Source: Bacillales bacterium UBA6380
GTDB taxonomy: Bacteria > Bacillota_I > Bacilli_A > RFN20 > CAG-826
NCBI GenBank assembly: GCA_002438785.1
Contig: DJQS01000011.1
Span: forward strand, 27,996-91,995
Direction of reading: 5' to 3'
Length of the DNA stretch: 64,000 nucleotides
The notes beneath the pieces are model-generated. The model saw only the letters and a program-made list of their open reading frames with translations. It was not told where the DNA came from and did no database searches. Positions within the stretch are counted from its first letter, which is position 1. Each line of letters begins with the position of its first letter. Both the position numbers and the translations under genes were made by a program. Of the stretch, positions 51,253-62,072 are shown in pieces.

Positions 51253-53406
51253 TTATTCTCCTTTTACATAGAAGGTATTAACAGATGTCCCTTCTAACGT
51301 TATGTTTCTTCCATAAACATCACTATCTAGCAATTGTCCGGCAATACCAATTTCATATTTACAATACATTCCTAAATCAATATATTTATTTGTATTAGTA
51401 GGATTAATTAGAATAAGATAGTCATGTTTATTACCATCTTTTAAATCAATTTGTTTCAATTTTATTCCAAAAATATTTGGGTCATAATTTAAAAATTCGA
51501 AATTATTTTCGATATCATTTTTAAGATAAAATTTATTTAAAACATTGTATTTTCGATAGTTTACAAGCGATTTAAAGTATAAATAATTATCTATTCTTTC
51601 ATCTAAAATATCCCACTTAAATTTATTAATATCATCACCCAAATTATAAGTATTATCTAAGCCACCTTTACTTAAGCCAATTTCCTGACCTGCATGAAAA
51701 AAAGGAACACCAATAGAAAGCAAAATAGTACCATTAACGAGATTTAAAACCCTTAGCTTGTTTTTTAATGATACTTCCTTTCCTAAACAATTATCAATTT
51801 TATCAAAAAGAGTGCAATTATCGTGACATTCAGCATAATTAATACTTTGATTAGCGTTTTGAAAACGTGCCTTAAAATCATTTAGATCAATAACACTACC
51901 TAAATAAGCAAATTCAAAACCTTTTATTTTATCACTACCCCCAAGTAAAAATCCCTTATCATAATTATTAAAATTAGAACCTCTTATTGAATCGCGATAA
52001 AAGTCATTAAAAAAGCCAATTTTAGGAATTTTAAAAGAATTATAAATTGTAGTTTTCTTATCAAATTGGAGTTCAGTAGGCATATCCCATCCCTCTCCAT
52101 ATAACATAATATGAGGGTTTATTTTTTCTAAAGTTTTGATAATTTGATTAGTTGTTTCAATATCAGTAATGCCAAATAAATCAAACCTAAAGCCATCCAC
52201 TTTAAATTCTTTAGTCAAATATGTTAAAGAATCAATAATAAGTTTCCTTACCATTGCTCTTTCACTAGCAATATCATTACCACATCCTGTTGCATTACAC
52301 ATCAAACCATTTTTCTTTTTACGGAAATAATAATTTGGAACAATACGTCCAAGTACACTTGTCTCATATTCATATACATGATTATAAACAACATCAAGAT
52401 TAACTCTTATGCCAGATTTATGTAACGCACTAATCATTTTTTTACATTCTATTATTCTTGAATAAGGATCATTCGGATTAGTTGAATAACTGCCTTCTAA
52501 ACAAAAATATTGTTGTGGATCATATCCCCAATTGTATTTTTTTAATGGTTCAAGCTCGTCAACTGTTTTATAATCTAAGATTGGTAATAATTGCACATGT
52601 GTTATTCCAATAGATTTTAAATAATCAAGTCCTGCAGGATTACCACCTTTTGTTTTAACATTTTCTTCAGTTAGCCCAAGAAATTTACCTTTGTTTTTTA
52701 TTTGAATAGAATTGTCAATAGTAAAATCTCTAACATGTAGTTCATAGATAATTGTATCAACATAATTTTTATAAATTGGAGGATTATTTTCAAACATTTC
52801 AATTTTAGTCTTATTTAAATCAATAACAATACTATCTTTTCCATTGGCATTGCTACCTTTTCCATAAGGATCAGTTACAATTGATGTTACTCCACTGTTA
52901 GTGACTTTATAACGGTATTCATATAACTCAAAATCTCCGTTTAATGTGATTGTATAAACACCTTTTTCACTTCTAGTCATTTTAAAATTAGAAAATTTTT
53001 CACCATGCTTTCTAATTAATAATGAAACATGATTAGCTAATGGGGCCCAAACTTTAAAAGTTGTTTGATTATTTGAATAATTAGATCCTAAATCATCACC
53101 ATTATAGTAATAATCAGTATCAAAATTTTCTTCATAAATCATATCATTAACATCAAGTGGGATCATTCCAAAAGAATTGATATTAATATAATAACTTTCA
53201 CCAAGTTTCAAATTATTTTTAGATTTACATTCAAATAGCACTAATCCATTTAAAAAAAATCTATTAACAATATTTAGTTTTTCTATTAAGGTATTATCAT
53301 TAAAAAGTTCGATCGAGATATTATCATCTATGTTAATGGAAGTAAAAACTGCTACCTTAATCGTTTTATAATCAATCATTTTCGCACTAAAATAAGTATT
53401 TATCAT
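51253..53406 (-). CDS. pulA: Type I pullulanase / alpha-1,6-glucosidase (GH13). No signal peptide is evident.
   Basis: YNWGYDPQQY, GFRFDLFG, EGWD, and a CBM48-like N-terminus. 717 aa. Confidence 0.8.
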   Translation of the reverse strand: MINTYFSAKMIDYKTIKVAVFTSINIDDNISIELFNDNTLIEKLNIVNRFFLNGLVLFECKSKNNLKLGESYYININSFGMIPLDVNDMIYEENFDTDYYYNGDDLGSNYSNNQTTFKVWAPLANHVSLLIRKHGEKFSNFKMTRSEKGVYTITLNGDFELYEYRYKVTNSGVTSIVTDPYGKGSNANGKDSIVIDLNKTKIEMFENNPPIYKNYVDTIIYELHVRDFTIDNSIQIKNKGKFLGLTEENVKTKGGNPAGLDYLKSIGITHVQLLPILDYKTVDELEPLKKYNWGYDPQQYFCLEGSYSTNPNDPYSRIIECKKMISALHKSGIRVNLDVVYNHVYEYETSVLGRIVPNYYFRKKKNGLMCNATGCGNDIASERAMVRKLIIDSLTYLTKEFKVDGFRFDLFGITDIETTNQIIKTLEKINPHIMLYGEGWDMPTELQFDKKTTIYNSFKIPKIGFFNDFYRDSIRGSNFNNYDKGFLLGGSDKIKGFEFAYLGSVIDLNDFKARFQNANQSINYAECHDNCTLFDKIDNCLGKEVSLKNKLRVLNLVNGTILLSIGVPFFHAGQEIGLSKGGLDNTYNLGDDINKFKWDILDERIDNYLYFKSLVNYRKYNVLNKFYLKNDIENNFEFLNYDPNIFGIKLKQIDLKDGNKHDYLILINPTNTNKYIDLGMYCKYEIGIAGQLLDSDVYGRNITLEGTSVNTFYVKGE

Positions 53407-53478
53407 AATTAAATTATCCTTAATAACTAATATATATTATTACAAAATTAAAATAAAATAAATGAATCAAAATGTAAA

Positions 53479-56181
53479 TTATTTAGCTTCAAAACTTGAT
53501 TGTGAATAACTACCTGGATTTTCATCACCTTCTGTAGGTTCTTTATATTCCGCTGTATGAACAAGAACTTTAGATCCTTTGTTACTATTACCATTTTTTG
53601 TATTATCAATAATACCTTCTTGCTTTAATTGTGCAAAAATTTTATTTGAACGATTAAACCCAAAGTTAAATTCTCTTTGAATCATCGAAATACTGCAATA
53701 AGCTTTAGATTCCATAATAAATTGTTTGACAGTTTCATACATTTCATCTTGAGGGACTTCGTGAATAACGCCTAAATCATTCTGCTCTAAGCGCGTCTTT
53801 TCAAGTAAACCTACAAATTTATCATTATAATTTAAAGGATAATTAGCCTTTAAATAATCAACTACACGTTTAATTTCCATATTATCAACAAAGCATCCCT
53901 GAACCCTAGGTTTTTCTTGTTTAGAAATAAGATTACAACTTACAAGCATATCACCATTACCAAGTAATTTTTCAGCTCCACCTTCTCCTAATATAACCAT
54001 ACTATCAGTTGTACTTGAAGTTAATAAAGCTACTCTAGTTCCTAAATTAGCTTTTATACTACCGGTAATTACATCAGTAGAAGGACGTTGAGTTGCTATA
54101 ATCATATGAATACCAGCAGCTCTAGCTTTTTGACCAAGTCTTTGTACAGGCTTTTCAACACTTTTAACTGATTCAATTAAGTCTGCAAATTCATCTATTA
54201 TAACGATAATGTAAGGTAATTTTTCAGTATGAGTTTCAGTAGCATATTGATTAAATTGTTTTATATTACTTACGCCAGTAAGTTCAAATTTCGTGTATCG
54301 ATCTTCCATTTCATCTACAAGTTTTTGTAATGTTGCACTAGCTTCAGTTGGTTCAGTAATAATTGGACAAAGTAAATGAGGCATTTCCTTATATTTACTA
54401 AATTCAACACGTTTTGGATCAACCATTACAAGTCTTAAATCTTCAGGTGAATTTCTCATTATTAAAGAAAGAATGACAGAATGCATAAAAATTGATTTAC
54501 CACTACCTGTTGTACCACAAACTAACATATGTGGAAAATCAACTAAATCAGCATTTATATAGCTTCCACTAATGTTTTTTCCAAAAGGAATAAATAGACT
54601 TCCTTGTTTTGGCAAAGGTAAATGCATATAAACATCTTTAAAATTTACTAATGATCGATCTTCATTAGCGATTTCAATACCTGAAGTAGTTTTCCCTTGA
54701 ACAATAGGAACGAAACGTGCATCCATTCCACCAAGTCTAACTGAAATATCATCCATATATTTAGCAATACCATTAATAGAAGCTGAAGCTTCAGTCTTTA
54801 AATCGTATCTAGTAACTGAAGGTCCAATAGTATATCCAACTATCGTTGCCTTAATTTTTAAATCACTAAGAATATTATTAATAAGACTCATCCTATTTTC
54901 AGCACACAATTTATTTCTTTCTTCTTCTTCAACACTATTTCTATCTTCTAAATAATCGCTTGGAACGGTTTTAAATGGTTTGTATTTAATAGTTTGTTTA
55001 GTGTCGTTACTTTTTTTATTTATTATAGGATTTTCATTATTTATATCATTATCATTAAATTCCACTTTAATATTAGCTTCATTATTTATACTGTTACTTA
55101 CTGATTCAGTCAATTTTGGCTCTTGGATTTTATTTAATAACTCATTGCTTTTAGTTTCACTTTCGAAATTAGTGTTATTAACACCAAAACTATCTTGAAT
55201 GTAATTAGATTTACCTAAAATATCATTATTTATATTATTATTTTCGACATAATTATTATCATTAATCGACTTAGTTTCATAATTATCATCATTACTTTCA
55301 CCGAGTTTAAATTTAACTTTTTCTAAACCACTATTTTCATATATTTTTTTTGATGTAGATTTATTAATAAATTCATTTCTTTCTTTATAATCTGAATTTA
55401 TTTTAAATTGATAACTATTTTTATTATTGCTTAAATCATCATTAGTTGTTTTTTTGCTAGTATCAACATTAGTAGATAAATTTTTATCTTCATTAATTAA
55501 TGAAGGTTCATCGATATTCCCATCTCTAAATAATTCATTAGTTGAACTACTAATATTATCAATTAAAGATAATTCTTCCTTATTTTCATTATAATTAGTT
55601 TGTTTGAATGCGTTTTCTTTTTTATCATTTTTAATCGATTTTATTAATTGTAATAAAGGACGAATCAATGAAAAAACTGTCCCAATTGCAATTAAAATTG
55701 AAGAAAATATCTTTGAACCTAAATCAGTCATAGCGCTATTTAAAATTGCTACTAATAAATATCCTATAAATCCACCGGTTTTACTTACATTAACTTTTGG
55801 AAATTCATTTAAATTCATAGAGTCAATTAAAGTCTCAACAAAATTATTAAATGTAAGATAATCACCATTTTTATAACTAATTGAATTAGTTGTTGCGATA
55901 AGAACTCCAATCGATATCATAATTAAACCAATTAACAAAAAGCGAATATTATGGAAAGTTATTTTTTTATTAATAAAAAAACTTAACCCATACAAAAATA
56001 TTATAAAAGCAAATATATAAGTAAAAATACTTCCAAAAATTAAACTACATACCCAAAACAAAAATTCACTAATATAACCATGATTTAAAGCTAAAATTAT
56101 AGCTAAGGAGCAAATAGCAACACCGATAACAATTTTTAAACTTTTTTCATTAATTTTTAATTTAATTTTATTATCATTCAT
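53479..56181 (-). CDS. ftsK: DNA translocase FtsK/SpoIIIE
   Basis: N-terminal four to five TM helices, a long N/S/D/K-rich low-complexity linker, a C-terminal motor with Walker A GTTGSGKS and Walker B, and a gamma wHTH domain. 900 aa. Confidence 0.9.
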   Translation of the reverse strand: MNDNKIKLKINEKSLKIVIGVAICSLAIILALNHGYISEFLFWVCSLIFGSIFTYIFAFIIFLYGLSFFINKKITFHNIRFLLIGLIMISIGVLIATTNSISYKNGDYLTFNNFVETLIDSMNLNEFPKVNVSKTGGFIGYLLVAILNSAMTDLGSKIFSSILIAIGTVFSLIRPLLQLIKSIKNDKKENAFKQTNYNENKEELSLIDNISSSTNELFRDGNIDEPSLINEDKNLSTNVDTSKKTTNDDLSNNKNSYQFKINSDYKERNEFINKSTSKKIYENSGLEKVKFKLGESNDDNYETKSINDNNYVENNNINNDILGKSNYIQDSFGVNNTNFESETKSNELLNKIQEPKLTESVSNSINNEANIKVEFNDNDINNENPIINKKSNDTKQTIKYKPFKTVPSDYLEDRNSVEEEERNKLCAENRMSLINNILSDLKIKATIVGYTIGPSVTRYDLKTEASASINGIAKYMDDISVRLGGMDARFVPIVQGKTTSGIEIANEDRSLVNFKDVYMHLPLPKQGSLFIPFGKNISGSYINADLVDFPHMLVCGTTGSGKSIFMHSVILSLIMRNSPEDLRLVMVDPKRVEFSKYKEMPHLLCPIITEPTEASATLQKLVDEMEDRYTKFELTGVSNIKQFNQYATETHTEKLPYIIVIIDEFADLIESVKSVEKPVQRLGQKARAAGIHMIIATQRPSTDVITGSIKANLGTRVALLTSSTTDSMVILGEGGAEKLLGNGDMLVSCNLISKQEKPRVQGCFVDNMEIKRVVDYLKANYPLNYNDKFVGLLEKTRLEQNDLGVIHEVPQDEMYETVKQFIMESKAYCSISMIQREFNFGFNRSNKIFAQLKQEGIIDNTKNGNSNKGSKVLVHTAEYKEPTEGDENPGSYSQSSFEAK

Positions 56182-56230
56182 ATCATTTATTATAGTTATA
56201 GTTAATAATTTTTTCTATAACATTTAAAAA

Positions 56231-57925
56231 TTAATCTACACAAATAATATTTGTTTTAATTAATGGATTTCGATTATTTTGTTTAAATAAAAATTTTGAA
56301 ATATTTTCATTAATCTTATTTTCTAATTGTTCTAAACTTAATTTCTTATTACCTTTTAAATAATCGTTTACTTGATCAACAAACATCCTTGTTACTTCTT
56401 TTAAAACTAAGTCTGCATCTTTATCTTTTAAAAATAAGAAACCTCTCATTTGAACATCAGGTCCATATTCTATTTCTTTGTTTTTTAAAGAAACACCTAA
56501 TCCCATTACAATAACACCATCTTCACTAAGTCTATTACGTTCATTAATAATCTCATTAACAACATCACCAACACCAATGCCATCAATCATAACATCACCA
56601 ATTGGAAGTTTATTCTCAGAATTAAAATCTACATTAGTTCCATTATCATCAATATATAAAGTTTGCCCATTATCTAATAGAAAAATATTATTATGCGATA
56701 ATCCGATTCCCATATCAAAAGCAATCTTTGCATTAGCTAATAAATTAACATAATATCCTTCGATTGGAAAATAATATTTAGGCTTTAATAAACTTAAAAG
56801 CATTTTAATATCTTCTTCACATGCATGCATTTTTGAAATAACTTTATTAGTTAAATATCTAACATGGCAACCACTACGATATAATTCATCAATAGTTGTA
56901 GTAAAAATAACTTCGTTATTATCATTTGGAGGACATGCCAAAATAAAGGTATCGTTTGGTTGAATTTTAATTTGCTTTAATTCATTTTCACCATTAGCCA
57001 ATAAACTAGCTTTCTCATATAAAGATTCTTTTTCGCCTGCCATAATAATAACAAGTTCATTCTCTTTTATGCGTAAAATATCATCAAGCGAAATAAACGA
57101 ATTTTTATAAGAATAAAAAGAATCATTATTTGATAATTTCTTTAAATTATATATTTGTTCAGTTTCTTTATCATAAAAACATATTTTTTTATTAAATTCA
57201 GAGCAAATCTTAAAAACTTCTTCAAAATTATAAAGATTATCTTTTGCTAAACCTATAAAAATACGCCCGTTTGCACTTTTAAAAAATTTCTGTAAATGTG
57301 GCGTTAATCTATTATTAGGAGAACAATATCCAGATTTTGATGCATTACTTGAATCACACATTAATAAAAGTGTAGGATATTCTGCAATCTTACCGATTGT
57401 ATTTAAATCAAAACTAAAATATTTTGAGTTATTATATTCAACTACAAAGTCGCCACTATAGACAATATTGCCTAATTTAGTTCTTATTGAAAATCCAAAA
57501 GATAATGGAACACTAGAACATGTTGAAAAGAAATCACATTTATATCCTGCAATATCAATTTCACTAGGTAAAGCTATCTCGTGAATATCAAAATTATTTT
57601 CTTGCTTATATTCTTTAGCAAATTCTAAGAAAAAGTTTTTTGTTAATTTTGTACAATAAATAGGTGCTGGACATTCTTTATAAATATAAGGTAAGGCACC
57701 AAAATTATTCTTTTTTGTTTTAGGCAAAATATAGGCAACTATTTTTTCTTTATTTTCATTTAAATATGTAAAATCAGCGATAATAAAATCAATGCCTGGA
57801 GTAAGTTTAGTTGGATATTTAAATCCACAATTTACTACAAATATTTTATTATTAATCTCAATGCAATAAAGATCTTTTCCTTCTTCATCTAATCCGCCCA
57901 ACGCTAAAACTTTAATTTTTTCCAT
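56231..57925 (-). CDS. rnjB: RNase J-family protein with a degenerate metallo-beta-lactamase active site (RNase J2-like, likely catalytically impaired)
   Basis: Full-length RNase J architecture (beta-lactamase, beta-CASP, C-terminal domain). The HGHEDHIG motif is replaced by LPKTKKNNFG and the second His motif by STCSSVP. Position between pnp and ftsK corresponds to Bacillus rnjB. Confidence 0.7.
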   Translation of the reverse strand: MEKIKVLALGGLDEEGKDLYCIEINNKIFVVNCGFKYPTKLTPGIDFIIADFTYLNENKEKIVAYILPKTKKNNFGALPYIYKECPAPIYCTKLTKNFFLEFAKEYKQENNFDIHEIALPSEIDIAGYKCDFFSTCSSVPLSFGFSIRTKLGNIVYSGDFVVEYNNSKYFSFDLNTIGKIAEYPTLLLMCDSSNASKSGYCSPNNRLTPHLQKFFKSANGRIFIGLAKDNLYNFEEVFKICSEFNKKICFYDKETEQIYNLKKLSNNDSFYSYKNSFISLDDILRIKENELVIIMAGEKESLYEKASLLANGENELKQIKIQPNDTFILACPPNDNNEVIFTTTIDELYRSGCHVRYLTNKVISKMHACEEDIKMLLSLLKPKYYFPIEGYYVNLLANAKIAFDMGIGLSHNNIFLLDNGQTLYIDDNGTNVDFNSENKLPIGDVMIDGIGVGDVVNEIINERNRLSEDGVIVMGLGVSLKNKEIEYGPDVQMRGFLFLKDKDADLVLKEVTRMFVDQVNDYLKGNKKLSLEQLENKINENISKFLFKQNNRNPLIKTNIICVD

Positions 57926-58017
57926 ATATTTTCCTTTATAAATTAATTCGTAAATATTTTAACAAAAATAATAAGTTTGTTAAATAAATTACTCATATTT
58001 TATACAATTATATTTAA

Positions 58018-58046
58018 CTTAAAAAGGACTTTTTTAGTCCTTTTTA
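58018..58046 (-). terminator. Rho-independent terminator of pnp
   Basis: AAAAAGGACT-tttt-AGTCCTTTTT, a perfect 10-bp stem flanked by A and T runs. Confidence 0.75.
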
Positions 58047-58050
58047 ATTT

Positions 58051-60228
58051 TTATTTATTATTATCTTTTTTTCTAAAGAAACCTCTTTTTTTTGGCTCTT
58101 CATTATTTGCTTTATTATCACTAGCAAAATCTTTATGAGATAATTTTATTTTACCATGATCATCAATTCCAATAACTTTAACTTTAAATTTTTCGCCAAC
58201 TCTAACAAAATTTTTAGCACTATCTACTCTTTCATTTGCAAGTTGAGAAACATGACATAATCCTTCAGTGTCACCAAACAAATGAACAAAACATCCATAG
58301 TCTTCAACACGTGTTACAATGCCATCGTAAATTTCACCAATTTCTGCTTCTTTAGTGATTGAATCAATAATATCATGAGCTTTAACAATTGAAGCTTTAT
58401 CAGTATGATAAATAGTAACATGTCCATCATCTTCAATGTCAATTTTTACGCCATTACATTTTTCAATGATGTCATTAATAACTTTTCCACCACTTCCAAT
58501 AACATCTTTAATTTTATCTTTATCAATATAAAAGCTTTCAAATTTAGGAGCATATTCCGATAATTCTTTACGAGGTTCACTAATTGCTTGAGCCATGACA
58601 TCACGAATCTTAGCACGAGCACTATTAGCTTGAAGAAGGGCATCATGTAAAATTTCACGGGTAACACCTTTAATTTTAATATCCATTTGTAAAGCTGTAA
58701 TACCATTTTTAGTACCGGCAACCTTAAAATCCATATCCCCAAAATGATCTTCTAAACCTTGAATATCAGTTAAAATCGTATAAGGGTGTTTACCATCTAG
58801 TGGTCCACTAGTAATTAACCCCATAGCTATACCACTAACAATATTTTTAATTGGAACGCCTGCAGCCATTAAAGCCATACAAGAAGCACAAATAGATGCT
58901 TGTGAACTACTGCCATTACTTTCTACAACCTCAGCAACACATCTAATTGTATAAGGGAATTCTTCTTCACTAGGAATAACATAGGATAATGCTCTTTCAC
59001 CTAAAGCACCATGTCCAATTTCTCTTCTTCCTGGAGTACCAGTTCTACCAATTTCACCTACAGCAAAAGGTGGAAAATTATAATGATGCATCCATCTCTT
59101 ATTATCTTCTGGTGTTAAATTTTCCAAAATTTGTACATCATTTTTGGTCCCTAAAGTACAAGTTGCAATAACTTGAGTTTGTCCACGAGTAAACATTGCA
59201 CTGCCATGTACTCTTGGTAATAAATCAACTTGAGCATTTAATGGTCTAATTTCATCGACTTTACGACCATCAGGTCTAATTTTTTCTTCTGTAATGAGTC
59301 TTCTTACTTCATCAGCAATCATTTTTTCTAATATGTCATTAACCATGAGCATCATTAGTTTATGGTCATTTTCTTTTTTATATTCACGATTATCATAATC
59401 ATCGATAATTTCTTTTTTTAAAGCATCAATAGCATTTTGTCTTTCTAATTTATCAAAAATAGAAATAGCTTTTACCATTCGATCATAAACTCTTGAATAA
59501 ATATCATTTTTAACATTTTCATCTGGCTCATATAGCTTTACTTGTCTTTTTGGTTTTCCTATTTCTTGAGCAATTTCTTTTTGAAAAGCACAAAGTTTTT
59601 TAATAGCTTCATGACCAAACATAATTGCATCAAGCATTTCATCTTCACTTAGTTCATTAGCTCCTGCTTCAACCATATTAATTGCTTCGCTAGTTCCAGC
59701 AACAGCTAAATTAAGATCACTTTTTTCTTTTTCTTCAACACTAGGATTAATGATTAATTTCCCATCAACTCGCCCGACATAAACACCAGCAATTGGACCA
59801 TCAAAAGGTATATTACTGATTGAAAGTGCTAATGAACTACCAAACATTGCAGTCATTTCAGGAGTTGCATCTAAATCAACAGACATTACAGTATTAATAA
59901 TCTGGACTTCATTTCTAAAGCCATCACTAAACATTGGTCTAATAGGCCTATCAATAAGTCTAGCAGTTAAAGTTGCATGTTCTCCTGGTCTACCTTCTCT
60001 TCTTAAAAAACCACCAGGAATTCTACCAATTGCATAAAGTTTTTCTTCATAAGTGACAGTTAAAGGGAAAAAATCCCCTTCTTTAGGTTCATCACTACAA
60101 CATGCAGTAGATAAAACAACCGTATCATTAAATCGTGTAAATACTGCACCATCTGCTTGTTTTGCTATCTCACCAGTTTCAACTACAAGCTTTTTCCCAT
60201 AAAATTCTAATTCGAATACTTTTTTCAT
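58051..60228 (-). CDS. pnp: Polyribonucleotide nucleotidyltransferase (PNPase)
   Basis: Two RNase PH domains, KH and S1 domains. 725 aa. Confidence 0.95.
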   Translation of the reverse strand: MKKVFELEFYGKKLVVETGEIAKQADGAVFTRFNDTVVLSTACCSDEPKEGDFFPLTVTYEEKLYAIGRIPGGFLRREGRPGEHATLTARLIDRPIRPMFSDGFRNEVQIINTVMSVDLDATPEMTAMFGSSLALSISNIPFDGPIAGVYVGRVDGKLIINPSVEEKEKSDLNLAVAGTSEAINMVEAGANELSEDEMLDAIMFGHEAIKKLCAFQKEIAQEIGKPKRQVKLYEPDENVKNDIYSRVYDRMVKAISIFDKLERQNAIDALKKEIIDDYDNREYKKENDHKLMMLMVNDILEKMIADEVRRLITEEKIRPDGRKVDEIRPLNAQVDLLPRVHGSAMFTRGQTQVIATCTLGTKNDVQILENLTPEDNKRWMHHYNFPPFAVGEIGRTGTPGRREIGHGALGERALSYVIPSEEEFPYTIRCVAEVVESNGSSSQASICASCMALMAAGVPIKNIVSGIAMGLITSGPLDGKHPYTILTDIQGLEDHFGDMDFKVAGTKNGITALQMDIKIKGVTREILHDALLQANSARAKIRDVMAQAISEPRKELSEYAPKFESFYIDKDKIKDVIGSGGKVINDIIEKCNGVKIDIEDDGHVTIYHTDKASIVKAHDIIDSITKEAEIGEIYDGIVTRVEDYGCFVHLFGDTEGLCHVSQLANERVDSAKNFVRVGEKFKVKVIGIDDHGKIKLSHKDFASDNKANNEEPKKRGFFRKKDNNK

Positions 60229-60314
60229 TTCTCTTGTTTTTCATCCTTTTTAATACTATTAAAATATATCACTATTTAATTCAATATACTAATCTTTATT
60301 TGTCTTTATGAAAT

Positions 60315-62072
60315 CTAACGATATTGTGAATTAAATAAATTATAATAAAAACCATGTAAATTCATTAAATCTCTATGATTACCTTTTTCTATTATTTCTC
60401 CATTATTTAACACCAATATTAAATCACTAGACTTAATAGTAGATAATCTATGAGCAATTACAATCGATGTTTTATCTTTCATTAGATGGTCTAATGCTTT
60501 TCCAATATTGATTTCAGTTCTTGTATCAACATTACTTGTAGCCTCATCTAATATTAAAAGTTCAAATGGCATAAGCATGACTCGAGCTATACATAATAAT
60601 TGCTTCTCACCTTTACTTAAACCTGAATCATTTGAAATTACTGTCTCAAATCCTTTAGGTAAACGCATAATTAAATCATAGCAATTTGCTTCTTTACTAG
60701 CTTTTACTACATCATCAAAACTTGCATTCGGATTACCATATTTTATATTTTCTAATACCGTACCATGAAATATCCAACTATCTTGAAGAACCATTCCAAA
60801 CTTGCTTCTTAAGCTCATTTTTTGAATATTTAAATAATTTGTATTATTAATTAGAATTTCCCCAGCATTAGGATCATAAAATCTTAACAATAAATTGATT
60901 ATTGTAGTTTTACCACATCCAGTAGGACCAACAATAGCAATTTTTTGATTGTTTTTAACTGTAAAGTTTATATTTTTAAATAAAATTTTATTATTATCAT
61001 AACCAAATTTTAGATTCTTAATATCAATATAATTTATAATCTCTTCGATTTTTAATTTGCCTTCATCTATATCATCTTTAGCATTAAATACTTCAATAAT
61101 TCTATTTAAAGAGACAAAACCACTTTGAATTTCATTTAAACAACTTGAAATTTCATTTAAAGGCTTAGCAAATTGGTTTGCATATTGTAAAAAAGTAGTA
61201 ATTCCTCCAACGGTTAATTCAATTCCTATATTTAAATTTGAACCAAATGCAACCAAAATAGACCCTACTATTCCAACTAAAGCATATGTTGAATTATTAA
61301 TTAATCTTGTTACTGGATTAGTTAATGAAGATAAAAATTGTGACTTTTGTCCAGCTTTATATAATAAGTTATTTTTGCTTATAAATTTTTCAAATGAATC
61401 AATGTCATAATTAAATGACTTAATTACATCAAGATTTTCAAAGTCTTCTAAGACTTGTGCACCTAGTTTTCCTGTTTCATAAGCTTGTTTTTTAAAATAA
61501 ATATGACTTTTTTTACTAAGTAAATAAGATAGTAAAAAACTTAATGGCGTAAATATAATGATTATTAATGCTAATAACCAATTTTGCCAAAGCATAAAAC
61601 CTAATGTAAATATAATTGTAATTATTCCTTGATAAAATTGTTTATATCCACTAATTAATCCTAATGAGACATTATCAACATCATTTATTAATCTACTTAT
61701 AATATCGCCATGGAGATGATTATCTATAAATGATATAGACATAGAATTTATTTTATTAAATAAATCAACCCTTATATTGCATATAATTTTTTCAATAAAT
61801 ATATTTACAAAACTTTCAAATATATATTGAAAAATAGTAACAATTATAATCAATGAAATAATTACATATAAATATGTCAATTCATCATTAAGCATTGTTT
61901 CATAACTAATAAGTGGATTGTTTATTATGTTTGTAAAAATATCAATACATTTTCCACTAAAATAAGGAATTAACAATAATGCAGGGACAAAAATTAAACA
62001 GCAAATAAAAGAAAAAATAACTGATTTTAATGACTTTTTTAAATATTTAAAAAGAAATTTAAAATTATTCAT
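60315..62072 (-). CDS. ABC exporter, fused permease/ATPase half-transporter (multidrug/lipid exporter type), partner B
   Basis: Six TM helices then an NBD: Walker A GPTGCGKTT, signature LSKGEKQ, Walker B LILDEATS, H-loop. 585 aa. Confidence 0.85.
   Translation of the reverse strand: MNNFKFLFKYLKKSLKSVIFSFICCLIFVPALLLIPYFSGKCIDIFTNIINNPLISYETMLNDELTYLYVIISLIIIVTIFQYIFESFVNIFIEKIICNIRVDLFNKINSMSISFIDNHLHGDIISRLINDVDNVSLGLISGYKQFYQGIITIIFTLGFMLWQNWLLALIIIIFTPLSFLLSYLLSKKSHIYFKKQAYETGKLGAQVLEDFENLDVIKSFNYDIDSFEKFISKNNLLYKAGQKSQFLSSLTNPVTRLINNSTYALVGIVGSILVAFGSNLNIGIELTVGGITTFLQYANQFAKPLNEISSCLNEIQSGFVSLNRIIEVFNAKDDIDEGKLKIEEIINYIDIKNLKFGYDNNKILFKNINFTVKNNQKIAIVGPTGCGKTTIINLLLRFYDPNAGEILINNTNYLNIQKMSLRSKFGMVLQDSWIFHGTVLENIKYGNPNASFDDVVKASKEANCYDLIMRLPKGFETVISNDSGLSKGEKQLLCIARVMLMPFELLILDEATSNVDTRTEINIGKALDHLMKDKTSIVIAHRLSTIKSSDLILVLNNGEIIEKGNHRDLMNLHGFYYNLFNSQYR

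Noticed and set aside
54800-55650. Low-complexity N/S/D/K-rich segment in ftsK as a possible separate gene or repeat element
   Set aside because: It lies in frame within one continuous ORF between the membrane domain and the motor domain. This is a typical variable FtsK linker.
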